From Candidatus Aquilonibacter sp. (GTDB taxonomy: Bacteria > Acidobacteriota > Terriglobia > Acidiferrales > UBA7541): a stretch of 64,000 bases of DNA. Numbering within the stretch: position 1 is the first letter of the stretch; every line of letters begins with the position of its first letter. The notes beneath the pieces are model-generated. The model was not told the origin of the DNA. It did not search any database and saw only the letters and a list, made by a program, of their open reading frames with translations. The DNA is taken from positions 17,052 through 81,051 of the forward strand of contig DATJOL010000129.1 of NCBI GenBank assembly GCA_035507075.1. Direction: 5' to 3'. Below, piece by piece: positions 25,767 to 35,848 of this stretch. A program made the translations under genes and the position numbers.

Positions 25767-26143
25767 TTTAGTGCTACCTCAAAACTTTCGTCCTTTTAGG
25801 ATGCCGACGGGGTCCGAAAGGATGAACTTGGCGAGGGCGTCCTCGAACGCCTGCCACTCATCTTTCCGCATTCGGCCAACTTAAAGCAGGCAATGATGCT
25901 GCCAGGTTACCGCGTCGCGCTAAGGCTGTGCGGATTGTGAGGCTTAGGGGGGTGGAGGGGCGTTCAAACTTCAGGCTGCTTTTAATGAGAGTGTGAAATT
26001 CCTCCACTGGTTGCGAGTTCCTTGCCTACCGCGACGCACTGTGCAGAATTACAGTGTTTGGGGTACGGGGGCGCCGCGGAAAATTCTCAGGGCGTGTGCA
26101 CAGATCGCAGAGGACCTGAGCTACATTTGACGCGAGGCGAGGC

Positions 26144-26683
26144 GTGGTGTTGATTTCTACGCAGAGGCTGATTTTAAGGACGTGGAAGAGTGAGGGCCTT
26201 GAGCCCTATGCCGAGATGAATGCGGATCCGGTGGTGCGGGAATTTTTTCCGTCTGTGCTTACGCGGGAGCAGAGCGAGGCCGAATTGCGTCACATTCGGG
26301 AGCGCTATGAGCGGGATGGATTCTGCTTGTTCGCGGCGGAATTAATCGCGGGTGGCGCGCTGGCGGGTTTTGTCGGGATGCAGAGGATGAGCTTCGAAAT
26401 TCCGGGGGTCGAGCAGCCAGCGGTCGAGATTGGTTGGAGGTTGCGCAAGGAGTATTGGGGAAAGGGGCTGGCGACTGAAGGAGCGCGAGCGGTGGTTCGG
26501 TATGCGTTCGAGATGGCGGGGTTGAGGCGGCTCGTGGCGATAACGGTGCCGACGAATGTTCGTTCGCGGCGGGTGATGGAGAAGATCGGCATGCGGCATG
26601 TGGCGCAGCTGGACTTCGATCACCCGCGAATTGCGGAGGGGCATCCCTTGCGGCGGCACGTGGTGTATTTGATGGAGGCGTGA
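26144..26683 (+). CDS. GNAT family N-acetyltransferase (RimJ/RimL-like)
   Basis: EIGWRLRKEYWGKGLATEGARAVVRYAF and NVRSRRVMEKIGM motifs. Confidence 0.85.
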   Translation: MVLISTQRLILRTWKSEGLEPYAEMNADPVVREFFPSVLTREQSEAELRHIRERYERDGFCLFAAELIAGGALAGFVGMQRMSFEIPGVEQPAVEIGWRLRKEYWGKGLATEGARAVVRYAFEMAGLRRLVAITVPTNVRSRRVMEKIGMRHVAQLDFDHPRIAEGHPLRRHVVYLMEA

Positions 26684-26718
26684 AGCAAGCAAGTAACGAA
26701 GCGGAGAAAGGCGACTGC

Positions 26719-26764
26719 GGATCCCTCCGCCCGAAAAGCAACGGCGGGCGTTCGGGATGACAAG
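26719..26764. repeat. Copy of short dispersed intergenic repeat (GGATCCCTCCG...TTCGGGATGACAAG)
   Basis: Same module as 1669-1700 and 3984-4028. Inner stem CGCCCG/CGGGCG, outer stem ATCCC/GGGAT. Confidence 0.55.
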
Positions 26765-26950
26765 TTTCGGCTGGCGCGGCGGGGCGGCGAAAAGCGCCAT
26801 TACGGAGAATGCCCTCCAGGGAAAGGCGCTCTCGAAGGCGTGTTTTGCGGGTATAGAATGCGCAATGCGGTGGCCCGCGGATGCGTGCTTGGCCTCGGAT
26901 GGGGCGGGAGCGGGGTTATGCTGCATCTTATTTAGGAACGGGGAGATGCG

Positions 26951-29305
26951 TTGAGGAACCGGGAAGCGGCACGGTATGCGCGGTGGTCAGCGATGGCGGC
27001 GGGAGCGATCGCGCTGGTGGTCTTCGGTTTTTACGCGGAGCGCACGCTTCGGGGTTATTTTGCGAGCCGGCACGGGCCGACGCTGGTGCCGGAGGCGGTG
27101 CAGCAGCAATCCGCGGGCGTTTCGTATTCGTTCAGCAATCAGAATGGGACGACGTTTACGATCCGGGCGTCGCACGCGACGGAATTCAAGCAGGGCGACC
27201 AGGCGTTGCTGCAGGACGTGTGGGTGACGATTTACGGGAAGAGGGGTGATCGCAACGACAACATTCATACGCGCGAGTGCAGTTATCAGCCCGCGGCGGG
27301 GAATGTGCAGTGTTCGGGGGAAGTCGAGATCGACATGCAGGGCGTGGGCGCGGCTCCGGGCGCAGCCGCGCAGCCGCTGCACGTGACGACGAGCGACGTG
27401 ACGTTCAACAAGGAGACGGGCGCGGCTTCGACGCCGGCGCAGGTGGACCTGACGTTTGCGGGCGGGCAGGGGCACGGCGTGGGACTGGTTTACAGTTCGC
27501 AAAAGGCGACGATCACGCTGCAGAAGGATGTTTATTTTGAGATGGCGGCTTCGCAGAGAACGGGCGGGCTGCCGGTGAACGCGAGCGCGTCGAGCATGGT
27601 GCTGCATCGCGATGACCGGACGATCCAGTTGGGCGGGCCGGTGGCGATGAAGCAAGGCGAGCGACAACTGAACGCGCAGCAGGTCTCGGTGGTGCTCGAT
27701 AAGCAGGGGCGCGCGCAGGAGATTGCGGCGGAGGGAAGCCCATCGCTGAGCGGAGATGAGAATGGGGCGAACTTTATGGTGACGGCGGCGAAGTTCGATG
27801 GGACGCTCGATCCTTCGGGAGCCGTGCAGCAGGTGACGGCGGATGGCGGCGTGAACGGGATGCGCAAGTCGGCGAACGGAGAGGATCGTTTTTCGGCGGA
27901 GCGGGTGGAGTTTGCGATGGCGCCGGGGCGGAATTTGGTGCAGCAGATGACGGCGATGGGCGACGTGACGGGCGAATCGAGCCGCGGCGGGAATGCGCGG
28001 GCGTTGAAGACGAGTGGATTGCAGATCAATTTCGCCGTGCCGCCGGCTGGGGCAAAGGGCACGTCGGCGGGCGTCGACAAACAGCAGATCGAGAGTGCGG
28101 AGACGCTGGGGCCGGCGACGATCGAGACAAGGTCGGCGGAGGGGACGATCGATTTGAAGGCGGCGAAGTTTGACGCGCAGTTTGGGGCGAATGGGAGGTT
28201 GGCGAAACTGCTGGGGTATTCCGGGGTTGAAATAGCGCGGAAGACGGGGAGCGGGGAGCCGGAGACGAGTTCGGCGGAGGAACTTGCAGCGACGTTTGGA
28301 GCGGACGGCGATTGGGCGAGCGTGGACGAGACCGGGAACGTGCGGCTGGCGCAGGACGGCGAGGTGGCAACGGCGAAGCATGCGCGATTTGCCCGGGAGC
28401 CGGACACACTGGCGCTGGATGGCGCGCCGGTGTTCAGCGATGGGATGAGCCGGACGTCGGCTGCGGCGGTGGTGATCAATCAGAAGACCGGCGAGATTCA
28501 GGCGACTGGGGGAGTGATATCGACCGAATTGGCGCAAGCGACGGGGAGGCATACGAATTCGCGGCAAGGAGCAGCCGCAAGCGGCATGTTGGGTGCTTTG
28601 GGCGAGGGCGATGCGCACATCGCGGGTGAGACGCTGACGGGGTCGATGACGAGCGGGGATGTGACGTTCAAGGGACATGCGCGGGTTTGGCAGGGGCAGG
28701 CCGTGCTCGATGCGGATCAGATTGAAGTTTCGCAAGATGAGGGCAAGCTGATTGCGATGGGGCATGTGATTGCGGCGTTCGCACAAGCGCCGGGCGAAGG
28801 GCCGCAACTGCCGAGCATGGGTGCGAAGACGAACGCTGGCAAGAGCGCGGCGGAGACGACGGTGTGGAATGTGGAGGCCGAGCAGCTTGCGTATTCAAAC
28901 AAGGAGAGCATCGCGCGACTTTCGGGCGGGGTAAAAGCATGGTCTGAGCAGGGATCGCTGCAATCGCGGACGCTGGATGTATACCTTGCGCCGGGTGCAT
29001 CGAATACGGGGAAGGCAATGGAGCTGAATCCCGCGGCGGCGTTTGGCGCCGGCGGGCTGGAGAGAGTGGTGGCGCAGGGCGATGTGATCGTGAGCCAGAA
29101 CGGCATACACGGCTATGCCGAGCAGGCTGAGTACGACGCGGCGAAGGAAAGATTCACGCTTACCGGCGGTGAACCGAGAATTACAGACGGAGAGGGGAAC
29201 ACAACCACGGGCCATTCGTTGACCTATGATGTAGCGAGTGATACGATTTCGGTGGATTCTGCCGAGGGATCGCGCACGCTGACAAGGCACCGGGTTGAGA
29301 AATGA
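26951..29305 (+). CDS. LptC/LptA (OstA-like) multi-domain LPS transport periplasmic protein
   Basis: N-terminal TM anchor, then repeated OstA-like beta-jellyroll segments. The last (GDVIVSQNGIHGYAEQAEYDAAKERFTLTG...GHSLTYDVASDTISV) is classic LptA. Lies directly upstream of lptB-rpoN. TTG start with GGGGAG SD. Confidence 0.7.
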   Translation: MRNREAARYARWSAMAAGAIALVVFGFYAERTLRGYFASRHGPTLVPEAVQQQSAGVSYSFSNQNGTTFTIRASHATEFKQGDQALLQDVWVTIYGKRGDRNDNIHTRECSYQPAAGNVQCSGEVEIDMQGVGAAPGAAAQPLHVTTSDVTFNKETGAASTPAQVDLTFAGGQGHGVGLVYSSQKATITLQKDVYFEMAASQRTGGLPVNASASSMVLHRDDRTIQLGGPVAMKQGERQLNAQQVSVVLDKQGRAQEIAAEGSPSLSGDENGANFMVTAAKFDGTLDPSGAVQQVTADGGVNGMRKSANGEDRFSAERVEFAMAPGRNLVQQMTAMGDVTGESSRGGNARALKTSGLQINFAVPPAGAKGTSAGVDKQQIESAETLGPATIETRSAEGTIDLKAAKFDAQFGANGRLAKLLGYSGVEIARKTGSGEPETSSAEELAATFGADGDWASVDETGNVRLAQDGEVATAKHARFAREPDTLALDGAPVFSDGMSRTSAAAVVINQKTGEIQATGGVISTELAQATGRHTNSRQGAAASGMLGALGEGDAHIAGETLTGSMTSGDVTFKGHARVWQGQAVLDADQIEVSQDEGKLIAMGHVIAAFAQAPGEGPQLPSMGAKTNAGKSAAETTVWNVEAEQLAYSNKESIARLSGGVKAWSEQGSLQSRTLDVYLAPGASNTGKAMELNPAAAFGAGGLERVVAQGDVIVSQNGIHGYAEQAEYDAAKERFTLTGGEPRITDGEGNTTTGHSLTYDVASDTISVDSAEGSRTLTRHRVEK

Positions 29306-29311
29306 ATCTGC

Positions 29312-30037
29312 ATGGAAAAGCTTCAGGCTTCTGATCTGAAGAAGGCGTACCGGGGCCGTAGAGTTGTGGACAACGTCAGCCTGGAAATTCGCCAGGGCGA
29401 AGTGGTTGGACTGCTCGGGCCGAACGGCGCAGGAAAGACTACGACGTTCAACATACTGGTCGGCCTCGTACGGCCGGATTACGGTCGTGTGCTGCTGGAT
29501 GACGAGGACATCACCGACCTCCCCATGTACCTCAGGGCCCGCAATGGCATCAGCTATCTTCCCCAAGAGCCCTCGGTCTTTCGCAAGCTGACGGCCGAAG
29601 AGAATCTGCAGGCAGTGCTGGAGACGCTTTCGCTGACGCCGGAACAGCGGCGCGAACGCGTGGAAGAATTATTGGCGCAAATGGGGCTGGACGGAGTGCG
29701 TTACAGCCAAGCGCACGTGCTTTCCGGGGGAGAGCGGCGACGGCTGGAAATTGCGCGGTCGCTGGTGCTTTCGCCGTCCTTTATTTTGCTGGATGAGCCG
29801 TTTTCGGGGATCGATCCCTTAACCGTGATCGATATCCAGAAGATAATCGCGGAATTGAGCGGGGCGGGCATTGGCGTTCTCATCACAGACCATAACGTGC
29901 AAGAGACGCTGGCCGTGACGAATCGGGCCTATATTATTAGTGAAGGGAAGATATTGGCGACAGGGACGCCAGCGGAAATATCGGCAAGCGCCGACGTGAG
30001 GCGCATCTATCTGGGAGAAGCATTCCGGCTGCATTAG
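29312..30037 (+). CDS. lptB: LPS export ABC transporter ATP-binding protein LptB
   Basis: Walker [35 protein letters not shown]. Position between lptA-like and rpoN. Confidence 0.9.
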   Translation: MEKLQASDLKKAYRGRRVVDNVSLEIRQGEVVGLLGPNGAGKTTTFNILVGLVRPDYGRVLLDDEDITDLPMYLRARNGISYLPQEPSVFRKLTAEENLQAVLETLSLTPEQRRERVEELLAQMGLDGVRYSQAHVLSGGERRRLEIARSLVLSPSFILLDEPFSGIDPLTVIDIQKIIAELSGAGIGVLITDHNVQETLAVTNRAYIISEGKILATGTPAEISASADVRRIYLGEAFRLH

Positions 30038-30050
30038 GGCTGCGGCAATC

Positions 30051-31493
30051 ATGAATTACCTCGCACCAAAACTTCATCTCCGGGTGGCGCAGAAGCAGAT
30101 TCTGACGCCGGGACTGGTCCAGATGGTGAGCGTGTTGGCGCTCAACCGCTTGGAACTAAAGGAGATGATCAATCAGGAGATCATGGCGAATCCCGTGCTG
30201 GAGGAGCTGGAAGAGACGGGAGTGCAGGCTGAGAATTATACCGACGAGGCGTTTCTGAAGAAGGAAACGGAGAACGTGCCGGAGGGCGAAGGGGCGAACC
30301 CGTTTGACGAGTTCGATTTCGGGTCTTTTTTTACGCAGTACCTGGATACGGGCGCCGAGCGCATAGCCAGCAGCGAGCACGAAGAGATTGAAAGGCCCAG
30401 CTTCGACAAGTTCCTTTCCTCGCCTTCCAGCCTTGCGGATCACCTGACGTGGCAACTGAGCGTGGCAATTTGTTCGGAGACGGTGCGCAAAATCGCCGAG
30501 TCGATCATCGGGAATCTGGATGAGAACGGGTATCTGACGGCGACGCTGGATGAGATCGCGGCTTCGGGGAACTACTCGACGGAGGATGTGGAAGAAGCGT
30601 TGACCATGGTGCAGGAGTTCGATCCGCCGGGGATCGCGGCGCGGGACCTGGAGGAATGCCTGCTGTTGCAACTGAAGATAGTGGATCCGCAGAACACGCT
30701 GGCGCAGCAGATCGTGAAGGAACATTTGAAGCTGCTGCAGAGCAGCCAGCTGAAGGAAGTTTCGCGGGCAGTGAACCGTCCGGTGGAGCTGGTGAAGCGG
30801 GCGGTGGACGTGATCAAGCGGCTCGATCCGCGGCCGGGGTCGCGTTACAACAAGACGGAGCCCAGACTGGTCGAGCCGGATGTGCAGTTCCGGAAGGAAG
30901 AGGGCGAGTGGCAGGTATTCATGAACGACGATGACGTGCCGCAATTACGCCTGAATCCGACGTACCGGCGGTTACTTTCGCGGGAAGCCGCGGACCGGGA
31001 CGTGCGGAATTATGTGAAAGAGCGGTTTACGGCTGCGATCCAGTTGATGAAGAACATCGAGCAACGGAAGCACACGATCCAGCGGGTGTGCCAATCGATT
31101 TTGCGCCGGCAATCGGATTTTCTGGACTACGGGCCCGATCACCTGAAGCCGATGATGATCAAGGAAGTGGCAGAAGAAGTGGGCGTGCATCCTTCGACAG
31201 TGAGCCGGGCTGTTGCGAACAAATACGTGCACACGCCGCGCGGCGTGATGGAATTGCGGAGCTTTTTCTCGGAGTCCGTGAACGGGCCGCAGGGGATGGA
31301 AATGTCACTGCTTTCGCTGAAGCGGCGCGTGAAGCAGATGATTGAAGAGGAAGACACGGCGCGTCCGCTGACGGATGACCAGATCACGAAAAAACTGAAG
31401 GATGAGGGAATCGATGTGACGCGGCGCACCGTTGCGAAATATCGCGAAGACCTGCGCATCCCGAGCACGCATCGGCGCCGGGTGAAAGCGTAG
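30051..31493 (+). CDS. rpoN: RNA polymerase sigma-54 factor
   Basis: N-terminal LxxxQxLxxxLxQ region. C-terminal HTH and RpoN box ARRTVAKYRE. Confidence 0.95.
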   Translation: MNYLAPKLHLRVAQKQILTPGLVQMVSVLALNRLELKEMINQEIMANPVLEELEETGVQAENYTDEAFLKKETENVPEGEGANPFDEFDFGSFFTQYLDTGAERIASSEHEEIERPSFDKFLSSPSSLADHLTWQLSVAICSETVRKIAESIIGNLDENGYLTATLDEIAASGNYSTEDVEEALTMVQEFDPPGIAARDLEECLLLQLKIVDPQNTLAQQIVKEHLKLLQSSQLKEVSRAVNRPVELVKRAVDVIKRLDPRPGSRYNKTEPRLVEPDVQFRKEEGEWQVFMNDDDVPQLRLNPTYRRLLSREAADRDVRNYVKERFTAAIQLMKNIEQRKHTIQRVCQSILRRQSDFLDYGPDHLKPMMIKEVAEEVGVHPSTVSRAVANKYVHTPRGVMELRSFFSESVNGPQGMEMSLLSLKRRVKQMIEEEDTARPLTDDQITKKLKDEGIDVTRRTVAKYREDLRIPSTHRRRVKA

Positions 31494-31505
31494 CCTGACG
31501 ACGCC

Positions 31506-32408
31506 GTGACCCGTCCCGCCCGCAGGCGCCCAGCGCCACGCCGACCCGCACGCCAGTTAGTAATTCTTACGGGGCTTTCCGGTTCCGGCAAAGGCTCCGT
31601 TCTCAACACATTCGAAGATCTGGGATTTTATTGCGTCGACAATCTGCCGGTGGGGTTGATTCCTGCTTTCAGCGAAATTTTCGAAGCGGGGCGCGGCGAG
31701 ATCGACCGCGCAGCTTTGCTGGTGGATGCGCGGGAGCGCGCGCTGATCGGCAGATTTCCGGAGATTTACCGCAAGCTGAGCGCGGAGCACGATTCGACGC
31801 TAGTGTTTATCGAGGCGAGCGACACGGCGCTGATGCGGCGCTTCAGCGAGACGCGGCGACCGCATCCGCTGGCGGCGCGAGGAACGATCGCGGAGGGAAT
31901 ACGGGCGGAGCGAAAGCGGATGGCGCCGATCCGGCGGCTGGCGGACGTGATCATCGACACGACGAAGTTCAACGTTCACGAGCTGCGCGATTTCATCATC
32001 AAGAGATTCGATTCGGCCGGGGAGCGAGCCATGCTGGTTTCGGTGGTGAGCTTCGGATACCGGTATGGGATTCCGCAGGACGCGGACCTGGTGTTCGACG
32101 TGCGGTTTCTGCCGAATCCGCATTTCGTACCGCGGCTGCGGCCGCACAGCGGGAAAGATGCGCGGGTGGCGCGATATATTTATTCGTTTCCGCAGACGGG
32201 ACAATTTGTGAAACGGATCGAGGCGCTATTGCGTTATCTGATTCCGCATTATACGCGCGAGGGGAAAAGCTATCTTACCGTGGCGCTGGGATGCACCGGG
32301 GGCAGGCATCGTTCGGTGGCGCTGGCGGAAGGAATCGGGCACGATCTTCGGAAGCAGGGAATCGCGGCGAAAGTGGTGCACCGCGATATGGATAAGATTG
32401 CGTCGTAA
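31506..32408 (+). CDS. rapZ: RNase adapter protein RapZ
   Basis: LVILTGLSGSGKGSVLNTFEDLGFYCVDNLP...GCTGGRHRSVA. Confidence 0.9.
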   Translation: MTRPARRRPAPRRPARQLVILTGLSGSGKGSVLNTFEDLGFYCVDNLPVGLIPAFSEIFEAGRGEIDRAALLVDARERALIGRFPEIYRKLSAEHDSTLVFIEASDTALMRRFSETRRPHPLAARGTIAEGIRAERKRMAPIRRLADVIIDTTKFNVHELRDFIIKRFDSAGERAMLVSVVSFGYRYGIPQDADLVFDVRFLPNPHFVPRLRPHSGKDARVARYIYSFPQTGQFVKRIEALLRYLIPHYTREGKSYLTVALGCTGGRHRSVALAEGIGHDLRKQGIAAKVVHRDMDKIAS

Positions 32409-32453
32409 ATTGGCGGGCGTGCGCGGCAAGCAACTGCGATCCAGAGTTTCCGC

Positions 32454-34328
32454 TTGAAAACAGAACACAAAGAACAACGGTCGTTGCTCAATGAAGGCGA
32501 AGAGATTCGCCGTTTACTCGGCTATTTGGCGCCGTACGCTCCGCAATTGGCGCTGGGCATTCTGCTGATGCTCGTGATGGGCGCGCTCGAAGGAATTGTG
32601 GCGCTTGCGATCAAGCCTGCCGTCGACGTAGTGTTGAACCCCGGCACGCCACTACAGAGCCTTGCGCTTTTCACAATTCCGCGGACGCACTACACGCTGG
32701 ACCTACGCTCTTTTGTGCCTTCGTCCATCCACAATGTGTTCAACGTGTTCGCGATCGCGCTGCTGGCGATCTTCATCGCGAAGGGCGCGGCCGAATATTT
32801 CGGCAGCCTGCTGATCCAGCACTCGGGACTTTCGAGCCTGACCGATTTGCGCAATCGGGTTTACGCAAAAGTGGTGCAACAGCCGGTGGGATTTTTTCAG
32901 GAGAACGCTGTCGGCCGCGTGATGTCCGCCGTGATCAGCGACATCGAACAGATGCGTCCCGCGTTTTCGGATTGGTTCGCGGAATTGTTCCGGCAAACCT
33001 TCAGCCTGGTGGCATTCGTGCTGGCGTTGCTGGTGATCGATTGGCGGATGGCAATCGGCTGCGCAGCGCTGGTGCCGCTGGTGGTGCTGCCGGCGGGCAA
33101 ATTCGGGCGCAAAATCCGCAAATCTTCGCAAAAGAGCCGGACCCACGTTGCCGGGCTGAGCCAAATCGTGCAGGAAACGATCAGCGGGAACCGCGTGGTG
33201 AAGGCTTTCGGGATGGAGAAATTCGAAATTCAGAAATTCCGGGAAGAAGCCAAGCGGCTGCTGCGCGAAAACATGCGTTGGATCCGAGCTTTCGCAGCGA
33301 CGTCGCCGGTAATGGATTTTGTGGGCGCGGTGGTGATCGCGCTCGCCATTTACGTTGGTCGCGGCGAGATCAAAGCGCATCGGATGACGGAGGGTGCGTT
33401 CCTTGCGTTCGCATTCTTGCTGTTCAAGGCTGCCGAGCCGCTGAAGCGCCTTGGCACGGTCTACCAGCTCTTTCTACAGGCGGTGGGGGTTTCGGCACAG
33501 GCCTTTGCGTATATCGATGCGCCGGAAGAGGTGGCGGAGGCGCCGGGGGCGAGAGCGATGACGCGGTTTGCGCGGTCGATCGAATTTGACGATGCGACGT
33601 TCGGTTATGACAGCAGCGAGCTGATCCTACGCGGGATCGACCTGAAAGTGCCAGCGGGAACGGTGGTGGCGATTGTGGGTTCGAGCGGGGCGGGAAAGAC
33701 GACGCTTGTGAACCTGCTTCCGCGATTCAACGAGGCGAGTTCGGGGACGGTGCGAATCGACGGTCGTGACGTACGCGAACTGACGCTGCGGTCGCTGCGC
33801 GAACAGATGGCGATCGTGACGCAGGAGACGATCCTTTTCAACGACACGATCTGGAACAATTTGTGCTACGGTCAGCCGAAGATGGCGCAGGAGAAAGTTT
33901 ACGCAGCGGCGCAAGCGGCCTTGGCGCACGAATTCATCATGAAGATGGCGGATGGTTACCAGACGGTGGTAGGCGATCGCGGGCAGCGGCTTTCGGGCGG
34001 ACAGCGGCAACGGCTGGCGATTGCGCGGGCGCTGCTGAAAGATGCGCCGATCCTGATCCTGGACGAGGCTACGTCGGAGCTGGACTCCGAATCGGAAATG
34101 CAGGTGCAGAGCGCTTTGAACAATCTGATGACGGGGCGAACGGTGTTTGTGATTGCGCACCGGCTGGCGACGATTCGGCGGGCGGACGTGATCGTGGTGC
34201 TCGACGGCGGCGTGATCGCGGAGCGCGGGACGCATGAAGAGTTGCTGGCGCGCGGCGGAATTTATGCGCGGCTATACGAGCTGCAGTTTCGCGACGCGGA
34301 GCCGGCGCGCGCGGCGGAGGGTGATTAA
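32454..34328 (+). CDS. ABC transporter ATP-binding/permease protein (MsbA-like lipid exporter)
   Basis: Six-TM exporter domain plus NBD (GSSGAGKTT, LSGGQRQRLAIAR, ILILDEATS). Confidence 0.85.
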   Translation: MKTEHKEQRSLLNEGEEIRRLLGYLAPYAPQLALGILLMLVMGALEGIVALAIKPAVDVVLNPGTPLQSLALFTIPRTHYTLDLRSFVPSSIHNVFNVFAIALLAIFIAKGAAEYFGSLLIQHSGLSSLTDLRNRVYAKVVQQPVGFFQENAVGRVMSAVISDIEQMRPAFSDWFAELFRQTFSLVAFVLALLVIDWRMAIGCAALVPLVVLPAGKFGRKIRKSSQKSRTHVAGLSQIVQETISGNRVVKAFGMEKFEIQKFREEAKRLLRENMRWIRAFAATSPVMDFVGAVVIALAIYVGRGEIKAHRMTEGAFLAFAFLLFKAAEPLKRLGTVYQLFLQAVGVSAQAFAYIDAPEEVAEAPGARAMTRFARSIEFDDATFGYDSSELILRGIDLKVPAGTVVAIVGSSGAGKTTLVNLLPRFNEASSGTVRIDGRDVRELTLRSLREQMAIVTQETILFNDTIWNNLCYGQPKMAQEKVYAAAQAALAHEFIMKMADGYQTVVGDRGQRLSGGQRQRLAIARALLKDAPILILDEATSELDSESEMQVQSALNNLMTGRTVFVIAHRLATIRRADVIVVLDGGVIAERGTHEELLARGGIYARLYELQFRDAEPARAAEGD

Positions 34329-35230
34329 TGGCGCGCGGGCTGCGGTCGATGACGGGATATGCGCAGGCGGATGCGGTGGAAAACGGATGGAGTTTGCGCG
34401 TCTCGCTGCGCAGCGTCAACCACCGGTTTCTGGATCTGCATCTGCGCGTGCCGGAGGGGTTCGAACCGATCGAGCCGACGATGCGGCGAATTGTGCGGGA
34501 ACATCTGCGGCGCGGGCACGTGGACCTGACGGTGCAGTATGAAATGGCGGGCCCGGCCGCGGTGGGGGTGAACCGGCAAGTGGCCTCAGCGTACATCAGC
34601 GCCGCCAAAGAATTGAGCGATGAGTTTGGGCTGCGAAGCAATCCGGATATTGCAGGCATTCTGCGGCTGCCCGGAGTGATCGCGCCGCCTGTGGCGTCGA
34701 TTGAAAACGAGATGGAACGCTTCGAGGGGGCCGTCTCGCGCTGTCTGAGCGAAGCGCTCGGCAAGCTGGATAAAATGCGCGAACAAGAAGCGGGACATTT
34801 GCGGGAAGAGATGGCGGCGCGACTGGGGGCGATGTCCAAGCTGGTGATGCGGATGGAGAGCCTTGCGGAGCGAGTCCGGCCGGCATTTGCGAAGCGATTG
34901 GAAGCGCGGCTGAAGGAATTGCTGGGCGAGAACCAGATCGATCCGACGCGACTGGCGCAGGAAGCCGCTATTGCCGCCGAGCGCAGCGATGTGGCCGAAG
35001 AACTGGCGCGGTTGCGCAGCCACGTGCAACAATTTGAGTCGTTGCTGGCAGGCGCGGCGGACGTGGGCAAGAAAATGGATTTTCTGCTGCAGGAAATGCA
35101 GCGGGAAGCGAACACAACGCTCTCGAAGACTCCCGGGAGCGAAGCCGAAGGGCTGGAGATGACGCAAATAGGGCTCGAGCTCAAATCCGAGATCGAAAAA
35201 CTACGCGAACAGGTGCAGAATATCGAATGA
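34328..35230 (+). CDS. yicC: YicC/YloC family endoribonuclease-like protein
   Basis: MTGYA...SVNHRFLDLHLRVP N-terminus and DVAEELARLRSH...MDFLLQEMQREANT C-terminus. ATG overlaps the msbA-like stop. Confidence 0.9.
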   Translation: MARGLRSMTGYAQADAVENGWSLRVSLRSVNHRFLDLHLRVPEGFEPIEPTMRRIVREHLRRGHVDLTVQYEMAGPAAVGVNRQVASAYISAAKELSDEFGLRSNPDIAGILRLPGVIAPPVASIENEMERFEGAVSRCLSEALGKLDKMREQEAGHLREEMAARLGAMSKLVMRMESLAERVRPAFAKRLEARLKELLGENQIDPTRLAQEAAIAAERSDVAEELARLRSHVQQFESLLAGAADVGKKMDFLLQEMQREANTTLSKTPGSEAEGLEMTQIGLELKSEIEKLREQVQNIE

Positions 35231-35847
35231 GCCTTTGGGAGCCGCTTGTCCTGATCGTGTCCGGGCCGTCAGGTTCGGGTAAATCGACACTCGTACAAAA
35301 AATTCTGGAGCTGCCGCGGACGATAGCTTCGGTGAGCTGTACGACGCGGGCTCCGCGGAAGACGGAAAACAAAGGCAAATGGTACAATTTCGTCAGCGAA
35401 GAGGAATTCCGCCAGATGGCGGACCGGGGCGAATTTCTCGAGTACGCGCAGGTCTTCGGCAAGAACTGGTACGGCACACCGCGCAAGTGGGTGGATCAGG
35501 CACGCGAGCAGAAGAACGATCTCGTGCTTGAGATCGACGTGCAAGGGGCGTTACAGGCGAAAAAGAATCTTCCGGATGCGGTGGCGATTTTTGTGTTGCC
35601 GCCCTCGAGCGCCGATCTGGAACGGCGTATACGCGAACGCGGCCAGGATTCCGAGGAGGAAATCCGGCGGAGACTGGACCGGGCGCGCGCGGAAATGCAA
35701 AGTTACCATTCGTATGATTTCACGGTGATCAACGACGACCTGGAACGCGCCGGGCGCGAAGTGCAAAGCATTGTGACCGCGTCGCGCTGCCGCGTGGCGC
35801 GGAACGAACAACGAATTTGCGAGATATTGAAAACTTTCGGAGGATGA
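35227..35847 (+). CDS. gmk: guanylate kinase
   Basis: P-loop SGPSGSGKST, TTRAPR, EYAQVFGNWYGT. ATGA overlap with yicC. Confidence 0.9.
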   Translation: MSLWEPLVLIVSGPSGSGKSTLVQKILELPRTIASVSCTTRAPRKTENKGKWYNFVSEEEFRQMADRGEFLEYAQVFGKNWYGTPRKWVDQAREQKNDLVLEIDVQGALQAKKNLPDAVAIFVLPPSSADLERRIRERGQDSEEEIRRRLDRARAEMQSYHSYDFTVINDDLERAGREVQSIVTASRCRVARNEQRICEILKTFGG

Positions 35848-35848
35848 C

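Noticed and set aside
25908-26039. TACCGCGTCGCGC (25908-25920) and TACCGCGACGCAC (26027-26039) could form an 8-bp long-range pairing (GCGTCGCG / CGCGACGC) enclosing about 110 nt. I considered this as a structured ncRNA.
   Set aside because: An 8-bp GC helix is expected by chance in 60% GC DNA. There is no terminator, promoter or recognisable Rfam-like motif. It needs covariation evidence before it can be called.
26987-28807. A 606-aa minus-strand ORF antisense to the LptC/A-like gene. Other long antisense ORFs of the same kind occur at 15331-16989, 35703-37418, 4117-5133, 2502-3713 and 34069-35184.
   Set aside because: All are Arg/Pro/His-rich with no motifs. They span several well-supported plus-strand genes and their junctions, which real genes would not do.
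29312-32408. The absence of hpf and ptsN between rpoN and rapZ, considered as a notable deviation from the proteobacterial rpoN cluster.
   Set aside because: The gene content of this cluster varies widely between phyla. Without comparative data this is not evidence of anything unusual.
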